NCBI GenBank assembly: GCA_045632925.1
Contig: JAZQXP010000057.1
Coordinates: forward strand, 67,447-131,446
From: Eubacteriales bacterium
GTDB lineage: Bacteria > Bacillota > Clostridia > Oscillospirales > CAG-272
DNA length: 64,000 nt
Direction of reading: 5' to 3'
The notes below the pieces were generated by a model. It made no database searches. It was not told the origin of the DNA and saw only the letters and a program-made list of their open reading frames with translations. Made by a program: the position numbers and the translations under genes. Below, in pieces: positions 36,876 through 46,059 of the stretch (positions are counted from its first letter, which is position 1; each line of letters opens with the position of its first letter).

Positions 36876-38120
36876 ATGAAGGACAGATGTATTCTCCATA
36901 TTGATATGAACAATTTCTTTGCGACCGTCGAATGTCGGGGGAGGAAGGATCTTATCGGCAAGCCGGTCGCCGTCGGAGGGGATGCTGAGGCACGGCACGG
37001 AATAATTCTTGCCAAAAACTATGAGGCGAAAGCCTACGGTATCCGTACGGGCGAGAGCATTCTTGAGGCACGGAGAAAATGCCCGAAGCTCGTCATCCTT
37101 CCGCCGCATTACGACGAATACGTCAAGGTTTCGCGCGCGGCGAGAGAGATATACTCGCGCTATACCGATCTGATCGAATCCTTCGGCATCGACGAATGTT
37201 GGATAGACGTCACCGACAGCGAATACCTCTTCGGAGGCGGTGTCAGTATTGCTGACGAGATACGCGAGCGGATCAAGCGCGAGCTCGGCGTGACGGTCTC
37301 TGTCGGTGTCTCCTTCAACAAGATATTTGCCAAGCTCGGAAGCGATCTCAAAAAGCCCGACGCGACCACTTTGATATCCCGCGAAAATTACCGCGAGGTG
37401 GTCTGGATGCTCCCCACGGAGGAACTGCTTTTTGTCGGCAGATCGACCAAAAGACGGCTCAATATGCTTGGAATTTTCACCATCGGAGAGCTTGCAAACG
37501 CCGATCCCGAGCTGCTTTTACGCTGTCTCGGAAAGAACGGATTGATGCTCAAAAATTTTGCGCTCGGCAGGGATAGCGCGCCCGTATTGCGTAATGAGAT
37601 GTCATATCCCGTAAAAAGTGTGGGAAACAGCACCACTACGCCGAGAGATATCAAAACTCTCCGCGAGGCTGAGATCGTCTTTGCCGTGCTTTGCGAGAGC
37701 GTTGCGGTGAGGCTTCGAGCCGAGGGAAAGAAGTGCACGACGGTTCGTATTTCGGTGCGCGGCAGCGATCTTTCCTGGTATTCAAAGCAATGCCGCGTTG
37801 AGCCGACATTCTCGGAACGCGAGATATACAATGCCGCGCTGACTCTATATATAAAGGAACGCGACGGGAGAGCCGTGCGCAGTCTCGGGGTCTGCGGTGC
37901 CGATCTTTGCCCCGAGAGCGATGAGCAGATCTCGATCTTTGACGGCGAGACCATCGGACGTGCAAGGCTCGAGGTGCTCGAGAAAACGACCGATGCCATC
38001 CGTCAAAGATTCGGTAAATTCGCCATCCGCCGCGGACTTATGCTCGAGGACAGGACTCTTTCGGGCTTTTGCCCCTACGATGAGCACACGGTCCACCCGA
38101 TCGCGCTGAGAACATTGTAA
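36876..38120 (+). CDS. dinB: DNA polymerase IV (Y-family)
   Basis: ILHIDMNNFFATVE..SIDECWIDVT..SVGVSFNKIFAKLGSD are the Y-family polymerase motifs. Confidence 0.93.
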   Translation: MKDRCILHIDMNNFFATVECRGRKDLIGKPVAVGGDAEARHGIILAKNYEAKAYGIRTGESILEARRKCPKLVILPPHYDEYVKVSRAAREIYSRYTDLIESFGIDECWIDVTDSEYLFGGGVSIADEIRERIKRELGVTVSVGVSFNKIFAKLGSDLKKPDATTLISRENYREVVWMLPTEELLFVGRSTKRRLNMLGIFTIGELANADPELLLRCLGKNGLMLKNFALGRDSAPVLRNEMSYPVKSVGNSTTTPRDIKTLREAEIVFAVLCESVAVRLRAEGKKCTTVRISVRGSDLSWYSKQCRVEPTFSEREIYNAALTLYIKERDGRAVRSLGVCGADLCPESDEQISIFDGETIGRARLEVLEKTTDAIRQRFGKFAIRRGLMLEDRTLSGFCPYDEHTVHPIALRTL

Positions 38121-38128
38121 ATAATCTA

Positions 38129-38157
38129 TTGACAAATTTACCGCGGAGTGCTATAAT
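38129..38157 (+). promoter_or_regulatory. Promoter of the 38203 gene
   Basis: TTGACA, a 17-nt spacer, then TATAAT. Confidence 0.75.
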
Positions 38158-38202
38158 ATAATTGTCGCATTATAATTTAACTTAATGAAAAGGAGAAAAA
38201 TT

Positions 38203-39825
38203 ATGTTAAAGAACAAAAATTTACTTGTTATTGCCGCGGCAGCAGTAATTATCGTTGTTGCTATCGTGGCAGGCGTCGGCATCTACATGAACCGTCCCAA
38301 GACAGTTATGCAGACGTCGGTTCAGGGACTTCTTACAGAGGTCTTCGAGCGCGAGGAGTTTGAGGTCGTATCAAATCTTCTCGAAAGCGGCTCCGCAGAG
38401 ATCGTTATGTCGCTTTCGGGCGGCGAGAACGAGGTATCCGTTGAATATAAGGAATACTTCGGTCTGAAGAACAAGGAGACATACGTCGAGAAGATCAAGC
38501 TCTCGGCAAACGATTTCTCGATCGACGGAAGCATGTACGTCGGTGAAGATTACATGTACGTATCGGTTCCCGGTATCTACGGCGATCCCGTAGGTATCTC
38601 GAGAGGCAAGTCCGAGAAGGGCTTTGAATCCTCCATCTTCGCATTCGAGTCGGACAGCGACTATGAGCTCCCCGAGGAGACCGCAGACGCCATCAAGGTA
38701 TTCTGCCGCATCTATGACGACGCTCAGGATAAGAAGGTCGTTGAGGATATCGAGACCCTGCTTAAGGACTACGTCAAGCTGATCATGGATTCGATCAGCG
38801 AGCACGCGGATATCGAGAAGGAAAACGATACCGTTAAGATCAACGGCGAGCAGGTCAGCGCAAGAGTTATTACCGTTGAGATCGATGCGGAGTGCATCTA
38901 CAACGTAATGGCAGACCTCCACGAGAAGCTTGAGAAGGATAAGGATATCCCCAAGCTTATTAAGAAGTACGCAAAGCTTATCGACAAGTACGTTGAAGGC
39001 ACCTCTCTTGAGGGCGTGATTCAGACCGAGCTCGGAGAGGATGAGGACGACGAGCTTGTTGACGCTATCCTTGAGGCTTACGACACCGCTATCGAGGAGC
39101 TTGGTGATACTCTCGACGAGATGGAAGATTCCCTCGACGAGGCAGGCAGCTCCAAGATCGTTGTCGAGCTTGCAACAAAGAAGTCTTCTTCCGAGCTTAT
39201 GGCGTTCAGCGTAACCGCCAAGGAAGACGGCGAGAAGATGGAGCTCCTCGACGTTCAGATCGGTAAGGCAGGCATCAAGAAGACCGATAAGATCAAGGTC
39301 ACCGTTGCCGATGAGATGACCTTCCAGCTTGCTGTAAAGCAGAATGACAAGAAGGCATACAAGGTTGAGTTCACCGCTGAAGAGGGTGACACCGAGATGG
39401 CAAGAATCTACGCCGAGATCGACAAGGAAGGCGAAGAATTCGAGTTCGGATTCGAGGCAGATGGCGAATGCTATGCTATCGAAGGCGACTACACCAAGAA
39501 GGGCAAGACCCACACTCTTGATTTCAAGGACGTTGTTTACACTGATGAATCGGGCGAGAAGGTATCTATGATCAACGAGCTTCTCGGCGAGGCTGAGGAT
39601 ATCGAGCTCGACTTCGAGCTTAAGCTCATCATCTGCGAGAACGACAAGCCCAAGCCCCTCGCAAAGGGCAAGGTAAAGTCGGTATTCGAGATCGACGAGG
39701 ATGATATCGATGATATCAAGATCGCAGTCGAGGAGATCGGTGCAGAGCTTCAGGGCGCATTTGAGCTTGGAGCAACAGAGATTCCTGCTGTTGATTACGA
39801 CGAATCATCCGGCTTCGGCTGGTAA
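38203..39825 (+). CDS. Membrane-anchored, highly acidic hypothetical protein
   Basis: One N-terminal TM (LLVIAAAAVIIVVAIVAGVGIYM), then about 500 aa rich in E/D/K. The start at 38203 follows AAAGGAGA. Confidence 0.65.
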   Translation: MLKNKNLLVIAAAAVIIVVAIVAGVGIYMNRPKTVMQTSVQGLLTEVFEREEFEVVSNLLESGSAEIVMSLSGGENEVSVEYKEYFGLKNKETYVEKIKLSANDFSIDGSMYVGEDYMYVSVPGIYGDPVGISRGKSEKGFESSIFAFESDSDYELPEETADAIKVFCRIYDDAQDKKVVEDIETLLKDYVKLIMDSISEHADIEKENDTVKINGEQVSARVITVEIDAECIYNVMADLHEKLEKDKDIPKLIKKYAKLIDKYVEGTSLEGVIQTELGEDEDDELVDAILEAYDTAIEELGDTLDEMEDSLDEAGSSKIVVELATKKSSSELMAFSVTAKEDGEKMELLDVQIGKAGIKKTDKIKVTVADEMTFQLAVKQNDKKAYKVEFTAEEGDTEMARIYAEIDKEGEEFEFGFEADGECYAIEGDYTKKGKTHTLDFKDVVYTDESGEKVSMINELLGEAEDIELDFELKLIICENDKPKPLAKGKVKSVFEIDEDDIDDIKIAVEEIGAELQGAFELGATEIPAVDYDESSGFGW

Positions 39826-39832
39826 ATAAAAA

Positions 39833-39870
39833 AGGGCTGATTCATTAACTAATTAATGGATCAGCCCTTT
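39833..39870 (+). terminator. Terminator hairpin for the 38203 gene
   Basis: The 16-bp stem is complete only as plus-strand RNA (one G-U pair). The T-run is short. Confidence 0.6.
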
Positions 39871-39945
39871 AACTATGTAAAAATCACGAATAAAGAAAGA
39901 ATTATATGATAAAACAAAAAGATGTACTGTAATTAGCATTTTTCG

Positions 39946-39988
39946 GACATCCTCATCCACCGCGCTTGGCGCGGTGGATGAGGATGTC
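39946..39988. repeat. Isolated perfect long palindrome
   Basis: GACATCCTCATCCACCGCGC-TTG-GCGCGGTGGATGAGGATGTC is a roughly 19-20 bp perfect stem with no flanking T-run. It lies between the two convergent terminators. Confidence 0.9.
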
Positions 39989-40002
39989 AAATGCATCAGA
40001 AA

Positions 40003-40040
40003 AGGGACTGAATCACTCAAATTAGTGACTCAATCCCTTT
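40003..40040 (-). terminator. Terminator for the PPIase lipoprotein gene
   Basis: The 13-bp stem is complete only as minus-strand RNA (two G-U pairs). A T-run follows. Confidence 0.7.
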
Positions 40041-40071
40041 TTTGTAATATGTGAAAGTGAATAGAGCGAAG

Positions 40072-41292
40072 TTATCCTTCAACAATATTAGCCGATTCAA
40101 ATACGATGGAGATCACTCTCTCGAGGTTGAACTGATAGCGGAGATATCCGGGGTAGTAGTTCATCTCAAAAGCCTTTTCGATGGTGGCGCGGTCGTAGTT
40201 GTAGCCCATGCTGTTGTAGTAGTTTACGTAATAGTCGAGAGCCTCGTTGTACTCATCGTCGGTGTAGGTCTTGCCCTCGGATTCGAGAACGTAATAGATC
40301 ATCATATCCTCGCGGACGGATTCCTCAGCTTTTTCGCGGAGAGCGGTGTCGTTCTCGCCCGTGGCTGCCATATAATCCTCATAGGACATACCGAGCTTTT
40401 CAGCCTGGAGGGTCATGTAGTTTACGTTGGAATTGTAGTAGTAGAGGAGCTGATCGTTCGGATAAGAATAAACCGTGACCTTTTCTGCAAGCACCTCGAG
40501 GATCTGCGAGCTTACCTCATTGAGGAGATTGGACTCATAAAGATCTGCGAGATAATCGTTGTAATAAGCTTTGAAATCAGCGAGAGTTTTGTGTTCTCCG
40601 CCTGTAAGTGTGTTGATCGTCTCGTCAGTAATATCGTAGACACGCTTGCCGTAGACGGTGATCTCGAACACAGCATCCTTGCCCGCAAGCTGTGTTGCTT
40701 GATAGTTCTCGGGGAAGGTTACGGGGACGCTTACCGTCTCGCCGTACTTCGCGCCGATGATTCCCGCCGCAAAACCGGGGATGTATCCGCTGTCGTGCTC
40801 GTTAACGATCATACCGACGTTTGCTTTGGAAGAGCCGCCCTCGAATACCTCACCGTCGATCTTGCCGACAAAGCTGATTTCAACGAAATCCCATTCTTCG
40901 ACAACACCGTTTTCTACGGGAACGAGAGAGTGTGTGCAATCAAATCCATATTGATTAACGTAATATTCTATCAATCCCGAAATGTTTGCATCGATCGATT
41001 TGTCCGTGATCTCGGGAGGAAGCATATCGACCGTGAGGGTCAGATTCTTGTAATCGACCTTGATATAGTCGGAAAGCTTGAGACCCGAATAGCTCGGCTT
41101 TGAGCCGAATACGGGTTCGTCGGATGGAGCCTCGGTATCTTCGGGCTCGGTCGTGTTGTCCGCGCCGGGCTTTTTCGTTGCCTCGGGCGGCATCGTGATG
41201 CCTGCGTCTCCGAACATATCGGTGATGCAGGAGGTGAGCATTATGCTCGATAAAATAAGTAATGCCGTAAGGCCAATAAGTTTCTTTTTCAT
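40072..41292 (-). CDS. Lipoprotein with a trigger-factor-like FKBP-type PPIase domain
   Basis: The lipobox is LTSC. The PPIase-like segment reads GETVSVPVTFPENYQATQLAGKDAVFEITV. The start at 41292 follows GGAGA. Confidence 0.72.
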   Translation of the reverse strand: MKKKLIGLTALLILSSIMLTSCITDMFGDAGITMPPEATKKPGADNTTEPEDTEAPSDEPVFGSKPSYSGLKLSDYIKVDYKNLTLTVDMLPPEITDKSIDANISGLIEYYVNQYGFDCTHSLVPVENGVVEEWDFVEISFVGKIDGEVFEGGSSKANVGMIVNEHDSGYIPGFAAGIIGAKYGETVSVPVTFPENYQATQLAGKDAVFEITVYGKRVYDITDETINTLTGGEHKTLADFKAYYNDYLADLYESNLLNEVSSQILEVLAEKVTVYSYPNDQLLYYYNSNVNYMTLQAEKLGMSYEDYMAATGENDTALREKAEESVREDMMIYYVLESEGKTYTDDEYNEALDYYVNYYNSMGYNYDRATIEKAFEMNYYPGYLRYQFNLERVISIVFESANIVEG

Positions 41293-41370
41293 TTGTTTCT
41301 CCATTTTGTGTTGAATGAAAATACCGTACCTTCAGCCTTGCCGAAGATACGGTATTTTCTCGGGTAAGCC

Positions 41371-41553
41371 TTATGCTTCCTTCTTAGCGATTACTTCCTT
41401 GCCGTCATACATGCCGCATTCGGGGCAAACGTGATGGGGCTTGATAAGTGCATCACAGTTGGGGCACTTTACAAGACCGGGAGTGACGAGCTTCCAGTTA
41501 GCGCGTCTCTTGTCTCTGCGAGCTTTGGATGTTTTTCTCTTCGGTACTGCCAT
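41371..41553 (-). CDS. rpmF: 50S ribosomal protein L32
   Basis: MAVPKRKTSKARRDKRRA..CPNCDALIKPHHVCPECG. Confidence 0.95.
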   Translation of the reverse strand: MAVPKRKTSKARRDKRRANWKLVTPGLVKCPNCDALIKPHHVCPECGMYDGKEVIAKKEA

Positions 41554-41603
41554 AACCTACACCTCCTATATTTTTACATAAAAGATTTACGATGGTTTTG
41601 CGC

Positions 41604-42119
41604 TTATTCGTCGTCCTCAAGGAGCTCTTTGAGCTTGCTCCATCTGGGGTCGATCTCACGCGGAGCGCATCCGCATACGTCGCCGATCATTTTCTTTCCG
41701 CACTTCGGGCAAAGTCCGCGGCAATCGGGAGAGCAGAGAAGCCTTGACGGTAGCTCAAGGTAAATCGACTCAATGATCGCCTCGTCGGGCTCGAGAATTC
41801 CGCGTTTTACAACGAGGTATTCGTCCGCCTTTTCTTCAAGCACCTCGTCCGAGAGAGTTCCCTCGGTTACGATGGTACGGTCGAAATCGAATTCGAGAAC
41901 CGCTTCGACAGGGTCGAGGCAGCGCGCGCATTCTCCGCGATAGGGAACTGTCACGAGTGAGGTAAGTGTAACCAGACCCGCGCTTCCGCTTACGGTACCC
42001 GAGATTCGGGCGCCGGGGAGATATTCGATACCGTAGGGTGCGGTGTCGGGGAAGATCTCGCCGTCTATCTTCATCTCGCGGATCTCACCGCGCAGTATTG
42101 CAGACAGATCAATAAGCAT
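41604..42119 (-). CDS. yceD: YceD/DUF177 family protein (large-subunit rRNA accumulation)
   Basis: It occupies the conserved position upstream of rpmF and has a C-terminal CxxDCxGLCPxCG motif (CSPDCRGLCPKCG). Confidence 0.88.
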   Translation of the reverse strand: MLIDLSAILRGEIREMKIDGEIFPDTAPYGIEYLPGARISGTVSGSAGLVTLTSLVTVPYRGECARCLDPVEAVLEFDFDRTIVTEGTLSDEVLEEKADEYLVVKRGILEPDEAIIESIYLELPSRLLCSPDCRGLCPKCGKKMIGDVCGCAPREIDPRWSKLKELLEDDE

Positions 42120-42162
42120 TTAAAAATCCTCCCATGAAACGGCATAAAAAGCGACAATACAT

Positions 42163-42191
42163 ATTATAATACTTAATTCGCAAGATGTCAA
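42163..42191 (-). promoter_or_regulatory. Promoter of yceD-rpmF
   Basis: The minus strand reads TTGACA, a 17-nt spacer, then TATAAT. Confidence 0.75.
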
Positions 42192-42248
42192 GATGAAATT
42201 ATGAATTTCTCGTGATAATTTGTAAAATTCCCAAGTTTTTTTAAAAAA

Positions 42249-44741
42249 TTATCCGATAACGACGGTATATGCACCCTCGGAAAGCGGGAAGACGATGCGA
42301 TCGCCGATGCGTCTGCCGTTCATCTCCTCAAGCGTGAAATCGACGCCGTTGATCTTCATCGAGTCCTTTTCGGATATGAGAGATACCGTTGCGGCGGTCT
42401 CCTCGGGGATGATGAAGCTGTATTCGAAGCGGTCGCCGATCGATACCCACGCGCTCTCGATGCGACCCGCAACAGAGTCGAAGGATGCGCGAGCGTTGCG
42501 GATTTGGGTCTGACCCGCGGGAAGCTCGTCGTTGCGTCTCATATCGGGTGTGGGAGCGAGGAAGAAGTGTTCCCATCCGGGAACCTCGGGATCGGGCTTG
42601 ATTCCGCACATACCCGAATAGAGCCATTCCGCAACTGCGCCGTAGGCGTAGTGGTTGAAGGAGTTCATGCCGACGTTGCCGAAGCCGCTCTCGAGAGTGT
42701 AGGAATTCCATCTCTCCCAGACGGTTGTCGCGCCCTGACGGACCGAGTAGAGCCAGCTGGGATCGCGGGTCTGGAGCAGGAGCGAATAGCAAAGCGAATG
42801 CAGACCGAGCCGCTCAAGAGTCTGATTGAGAATACCCGTGCCGACGAATCCCGTCGAGAGGGTATAGTCGTTGTCGATGATCTTTTTCTCGAGCTTCTTG
42901 ATATAGGAATCGCGATCCTCCTCGGGAACGAGGTCGAAGGCGAGAGCGAGGAGATACGCGGTCTGAGTCTTGATCGTCAGATCGCCGTTTTCAATATATC
43001 TGCATCTCCAATGAGAAACGATGCGCTCGCGCAGCTCCGCGTAATGAGCGGCACGCTCGGGCTTGCCGAGGATCTCGCAGAATTTCTTCATAAGAGAAGC
43101 GTCGTATGCGTAGTAGGATACCGCGATGTAACGCTTGTCGGTGACGTCGTAGTTGAGCCAGTCGCCGTATGCGGTGTTGGGACCCTCAAGACCGAACTGC
43201 TCGAGGTACTGCATATAGTACTCCATCGAGTCGAAATGCTCCTCGAGGATCGCCTTGTCGTTGTACATTTCGTAGAGCTTGTTCGGAACGATCAGACAAG
43301 CATCACCCCAGGCGGCGTTGCCGTTGTTGCCGGTGAATACACGCGGGATAACGTCACAGTACGCGCCGTCAAAGCCCTGCTGAGAATCACGGGCGTCGCC
43401 GAGCCACTTGTGCATAAAGGGACGGATGTCCGCGAGATATGCAGCCGCGCCCGCAAAGATCTGCGTGTCGCCCGTCCAACCGAGACGCTCGTCGCGCTGA
43501 GGACAGTCTGTGGGGGCGGAGAAGTAGTTACCTCTCATACCCCATACGATATTGGAATAGAGGCGGTTGACCTCGGGATTGTCGCAGGAGAAATCTCCGG
43601 TCTCGGTAAATTCGGAGCAGATGACCTCGCCAGCAACCGAGAGAACGTCGACTTCGCGGTCAGCGCGGATCTCGAGGTAGCGGAAGCCGAAGAAGGAATG
43701 AGTCGGGAAATAGGTCTCGATGCCGTTGCCCGAAGCGACGTAAACGAGACGCGCCAGAGCCGAGCGGTAGTTCTTGATGTACATACTGCCCTTGGGACCG
43801 TCGTTTCCGCGGGCGGGATCGCCGCTGTCGTTGAGCATTTCGGCAAAGTAGATCTTGATCTTTGTTCCGCGCGGAGCCTTGAACATAAGGATCGGGCGTC
43901 CGACCATATTCTGACCCATATCGAGGATCAGAGCCTCACCGAATTCGAGTCTCGTCTGCTCGCACCAGTCGCCTACGTTCTTCGAGATGACGTTGATCTC
44001 GCCGTACTCGGAGCCGTCGTGGACCGTGCCGTTGTGGCAGACCGCCGAGATCGGGCGGAGAAGAAGCTCGTGGCGCGGTCTGATAGCGGGACCGACGAGG
44101 GGTACTATCTCGCAGGTGTAATCGGTGAAGAGCTCGGCGTTGACCCATTCGTGAGCCTCGGGAGCGATAGAGGGCTCGGGAACGGTTGCGTCGTAGTATT
44201 CGCCGTCCCAGATGTCGGCAAACATAACGGGACCGCAGATGGCAGCCTTCCAGTCCTCACCCGACGCGATGATCTCATTCTCACCGTCGGCGTACTCGAT
44301 CTCGATCTCGCCCGCGAATGCCATAGGCTTGAAGCCGTAGAATCCGAAGGAGATACGGCCCGTCCACCAGCCGGGAGAAACCTCGGCTACGATGCGGTTT
44401 CTGTCCTTGCAGAGAGGAGTGATATCGTATTCATACTCAAATACGCGGCTGCGGTAGTCGGTCCAGCCGGGCTTGTATTCGTCGGCGGTGGGGATGCCGT
44501 CGATCTCGTGACCTACGCGCGCACCGTTGACGAAAACGTCGAAGATACCGAGTGCGGTTGCGCGGAGGGTGACCTTTTCGACCGCACGTCCGGGCTCGGG
44601 AGCAAACTCGCAAAGCAGGTTAAGGAGACCCTTACCCGGCTCAAGCTCGCGCTCGTAGCTGTTGAATTTCATATTTTTCCAAGGATGCTCGACGGGGTTG
44701 CCCACGAGCGAAGGATGGGTTATAAATCTTGCCTTTTTCAT
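42249..44741 (-). CDS. Alpha-L-rhamnosidase (GH78), no signal peptide
   Basis: PTDCPQRDERLGWTGD and WERW..NSFNHYAYGAV are GH78 hallmarks. 830 aa. Confidence 0.92.
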   Translation of the reverse strand: MKKARFITHPSLVGNPVEHPWKNMKFNSYERELEPGKGLLNLLCEFAPEPGRAVEKVTLRATALGIFDVFVNGARVGHEIDGIPTADEYKPGWTDYRSRVFEYEYDITPLCKDRNRIVAEVSPGWWTGRISFGFYGFKPMAFAGEIEIEYADGENEIIASGEDWKAAICGPVMFADIWDGEYYDATVPEPSIAPEAHEWVNAELFTDYTCEIVPLVGPAIRPRHELLLRPISAVCHNGTVHDGSEYGEINVISKNVGDWCEQTRLEFGEALILDMGQNMVGRPILMFKAPRGTKIKIYFAEMLNDSGDPARGNDGPKGSMYIKNYRSALARLVYVASGNGIETYFPTHSFFGFRYLEIRADREVDVLSVAGEVICSEFTETGDFSCDNPEVNRLYSNIVWGMRGNYFSAPTDCPQRDERLGWTGDTQIFAGAAAYLADIRPFMHKWLGDARDSQQGFDGAYCDVIPRVFTGNNGNAAWGDACLIVPNKLYEMYNDKAILEEHFDSMEYYMQYLEQFGLEGPNTAYGDWLNYDVTDKRYIAVSYYAYDASLMKKFCEILGKPERAAHYAELRERIVSHWRCRYIENGDLTIKTQTAYLLALAFDLVPEEDRDSYIKKLEKKIIDNDYTLSTGFVGTGILNQTLERLGLHSLCYSLLLQTRDPSWLYSVRQGATTVWERWNSYTLESGFGNVGMNSFNHYAYGAVAEWLYSGMCGIKPDPEVPGWEHFFLAPTPDMRRNDELPAGQTQIRNARASFDSVAGRIESAWVSIGDRFEYSFIIPEETAATVSLISEKDSMKINGVDFTLEEMNGRRIGDRIVFPLSEGAYTVVIG

Positions 44742-44864
44742 GACTTTCTCCTTGCGGATTTATAGTTATAATTATTATACTATATTTTTAAGGAAAATGC
44801 AAGGGAAATGAAAATAAAAGTAAAGTAAGAACGGGCAAAATACAATAATACTTATCAAATTTCA

Positions 44865-45036
44865 TTGCGAGTCTGTAGGGGACGGCGCCCTCGACGTCCA
44901 ACTTTGCGAGAGTTATGATCGCGCAAAGCGCGAGTTAAGATCGGCTTGCGCCGAGTTAATATTGCCTTCGGCAAGTTAAGATTCGCCTGCGGCGAAGTTT
45001 AAGGTGAATTTCCTCGCTGAAGCTTCGGAAATTTTC
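44865..45036 (+). repeat. Tandem mini-hairpin array: GTTAAGA-type 7-nt linkers plus a cap hairpin
   Basis: The TTGCGAG direct repeat flanks GGACG..CGTCC. It is followed by TCGCGC-AAA-GCGCGA, TCGGC-TTGC-GCCGA, TTGCC-TTCG-GGCAA, TTCGCC-TGC-GGCGAA and AATTTCC-TCGCTGAAGCTTC-GGAAATT at 20-24 nt spacing. Confidence 0.85.
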
Positions 45037-45061
45037 AATTATTAATCAATACGCAGTCCTA

Positions 45062-45090
45062 TTGACAATACATAAAAAATATAGTAGAAT
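45062..45090 (+). promoter_or_regulatory. Promoter of the lipoprotein pair
   Basis: TTGACA, a 17-nt spacer, then TAGAAT. Confidence 0.7.
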
Positions 45091-45167
45091 ATAATTGTAA
45101 TTTTTTTAATTTACGTGAAACTTTTTCGCTCGGATTTCGTCTTATAGTATGAAAGGAGTAAAACGTT

Positions 45168-46055
45168 ATGAAAAAACTGTCTTTTATACTGAATTTTATA
45201 ATGCTTGTAGGCTTGCTTTCATCCTGCGGTGCACGTGAAGATAGATTTGAGCTTACGTATGAAAGCGACCGAACTCTTTACCTTGTCGGCGAGACGGTTA
45301 AGATAACGGCGAAGGTGACTAACGTATCGGGCAGAACGTATACCTACCGCGGCGGCTCGAGCGATTACAGACCCTACGTCCGCCTCTATCCCGTTCTCGA
45401 GGACGATAAGCTCGGCGAACCGCTTGAACACCTTCCGATCGCATCGACCACGGACATGCCGTCAAGGCATAAGATCGCGGACGGCAAGAGCGGGCAGGTG
45501 ACGTTTGAGTTCCCGCTTCCCGAAGATGCACATATTGGAAAATACACCGTCAGCCTTTCATATGAGGGTGCGAAGAAGGTCTTTGACGGAGCGATAAGCG
45601 TGGTACGCCCCGCGGAGCAGAATCATAAGGATGGCTTACCTTACAGCTCTGTGACTGTGAACTCGGGCGGTGAATCTATTTATCCGTTGAGAGGTCTTTC
45701 GACTATAAACGAGTACGTCAACGGTAAGCCCGGGCTTTGCGGAGACGGCAAGGGAGTTTACTGGTTTTTTGACGATCCGGAGCTTACCCCTGACGATTAT
45801 CCTTGTCTTGTCATCTCGGGCGAGGTTACCGTTACCGCACGCGAAAACCTGCGGATCGGCGGAGCGTATTTGTATGATTTTAATTTCGAAAGACTTGATT
45901 ATAACGGAGGATTTGAAGGGCTTTCCGAGCTCCCCGCGGGCGAGTATCTTGTGGTGTTTACCGAATATTACGACGGAAGTCTTGAAGACCCGACCGCACA
46001 GACTTACGACAAAATACTGTACGAAAACCTTTTCAAACTTATAATAAGGAGTTGA
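45168..46055 (+). CDS. Lipoprotein: an Ig-like N-terminal module plus one copy of an uncharacterised roughly 140-aa module
   Basis: The signal peptide carries the lipobox LSSC. A GAAAGGAG RBS is present. It is a paralog of the next gene. Confidence 0.7.
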   Translation: MKKLSFILNFIMLVGLLSSCGAREDRFELTYESDRTLYLVGETVKITAKVTNVSGRTYTYRGGSSDYRPYVRLYPVLEDDKLGEPLEHLPIASTTDMPSRHKIADGKSGQVTFEFPLPEDAHIGKYTVSLSYEGAKKVFDGAISVVRPAEQNHKDGLPYSSVTVNSGGESIYPLRGLSTINEYVNGKPGLCGDGKGVYWFFDDPELTPDDYPCLVISGEVTVTARENLRIGGAYLYDFNFERLDYNGGFEGLSELPAGEYLVVFTEYYDGSLEDPTAQTYDKILYENLFKLIIRS

Positions 46056-46059
46056 ACCG

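Noticed and set aside
44911-45010. Could the GTTAAGA-type linkers and post-ORF position indicate integron attC sites (core GTTRRRY)?
   Set aside because: The linkers do not fit GTTRRRY at the last position. There is no matching inverse core RYYYAAC partner with the extrahelical-base architecture. There is no intI gene or attI site in the window. The units are far shorter than attC sites.
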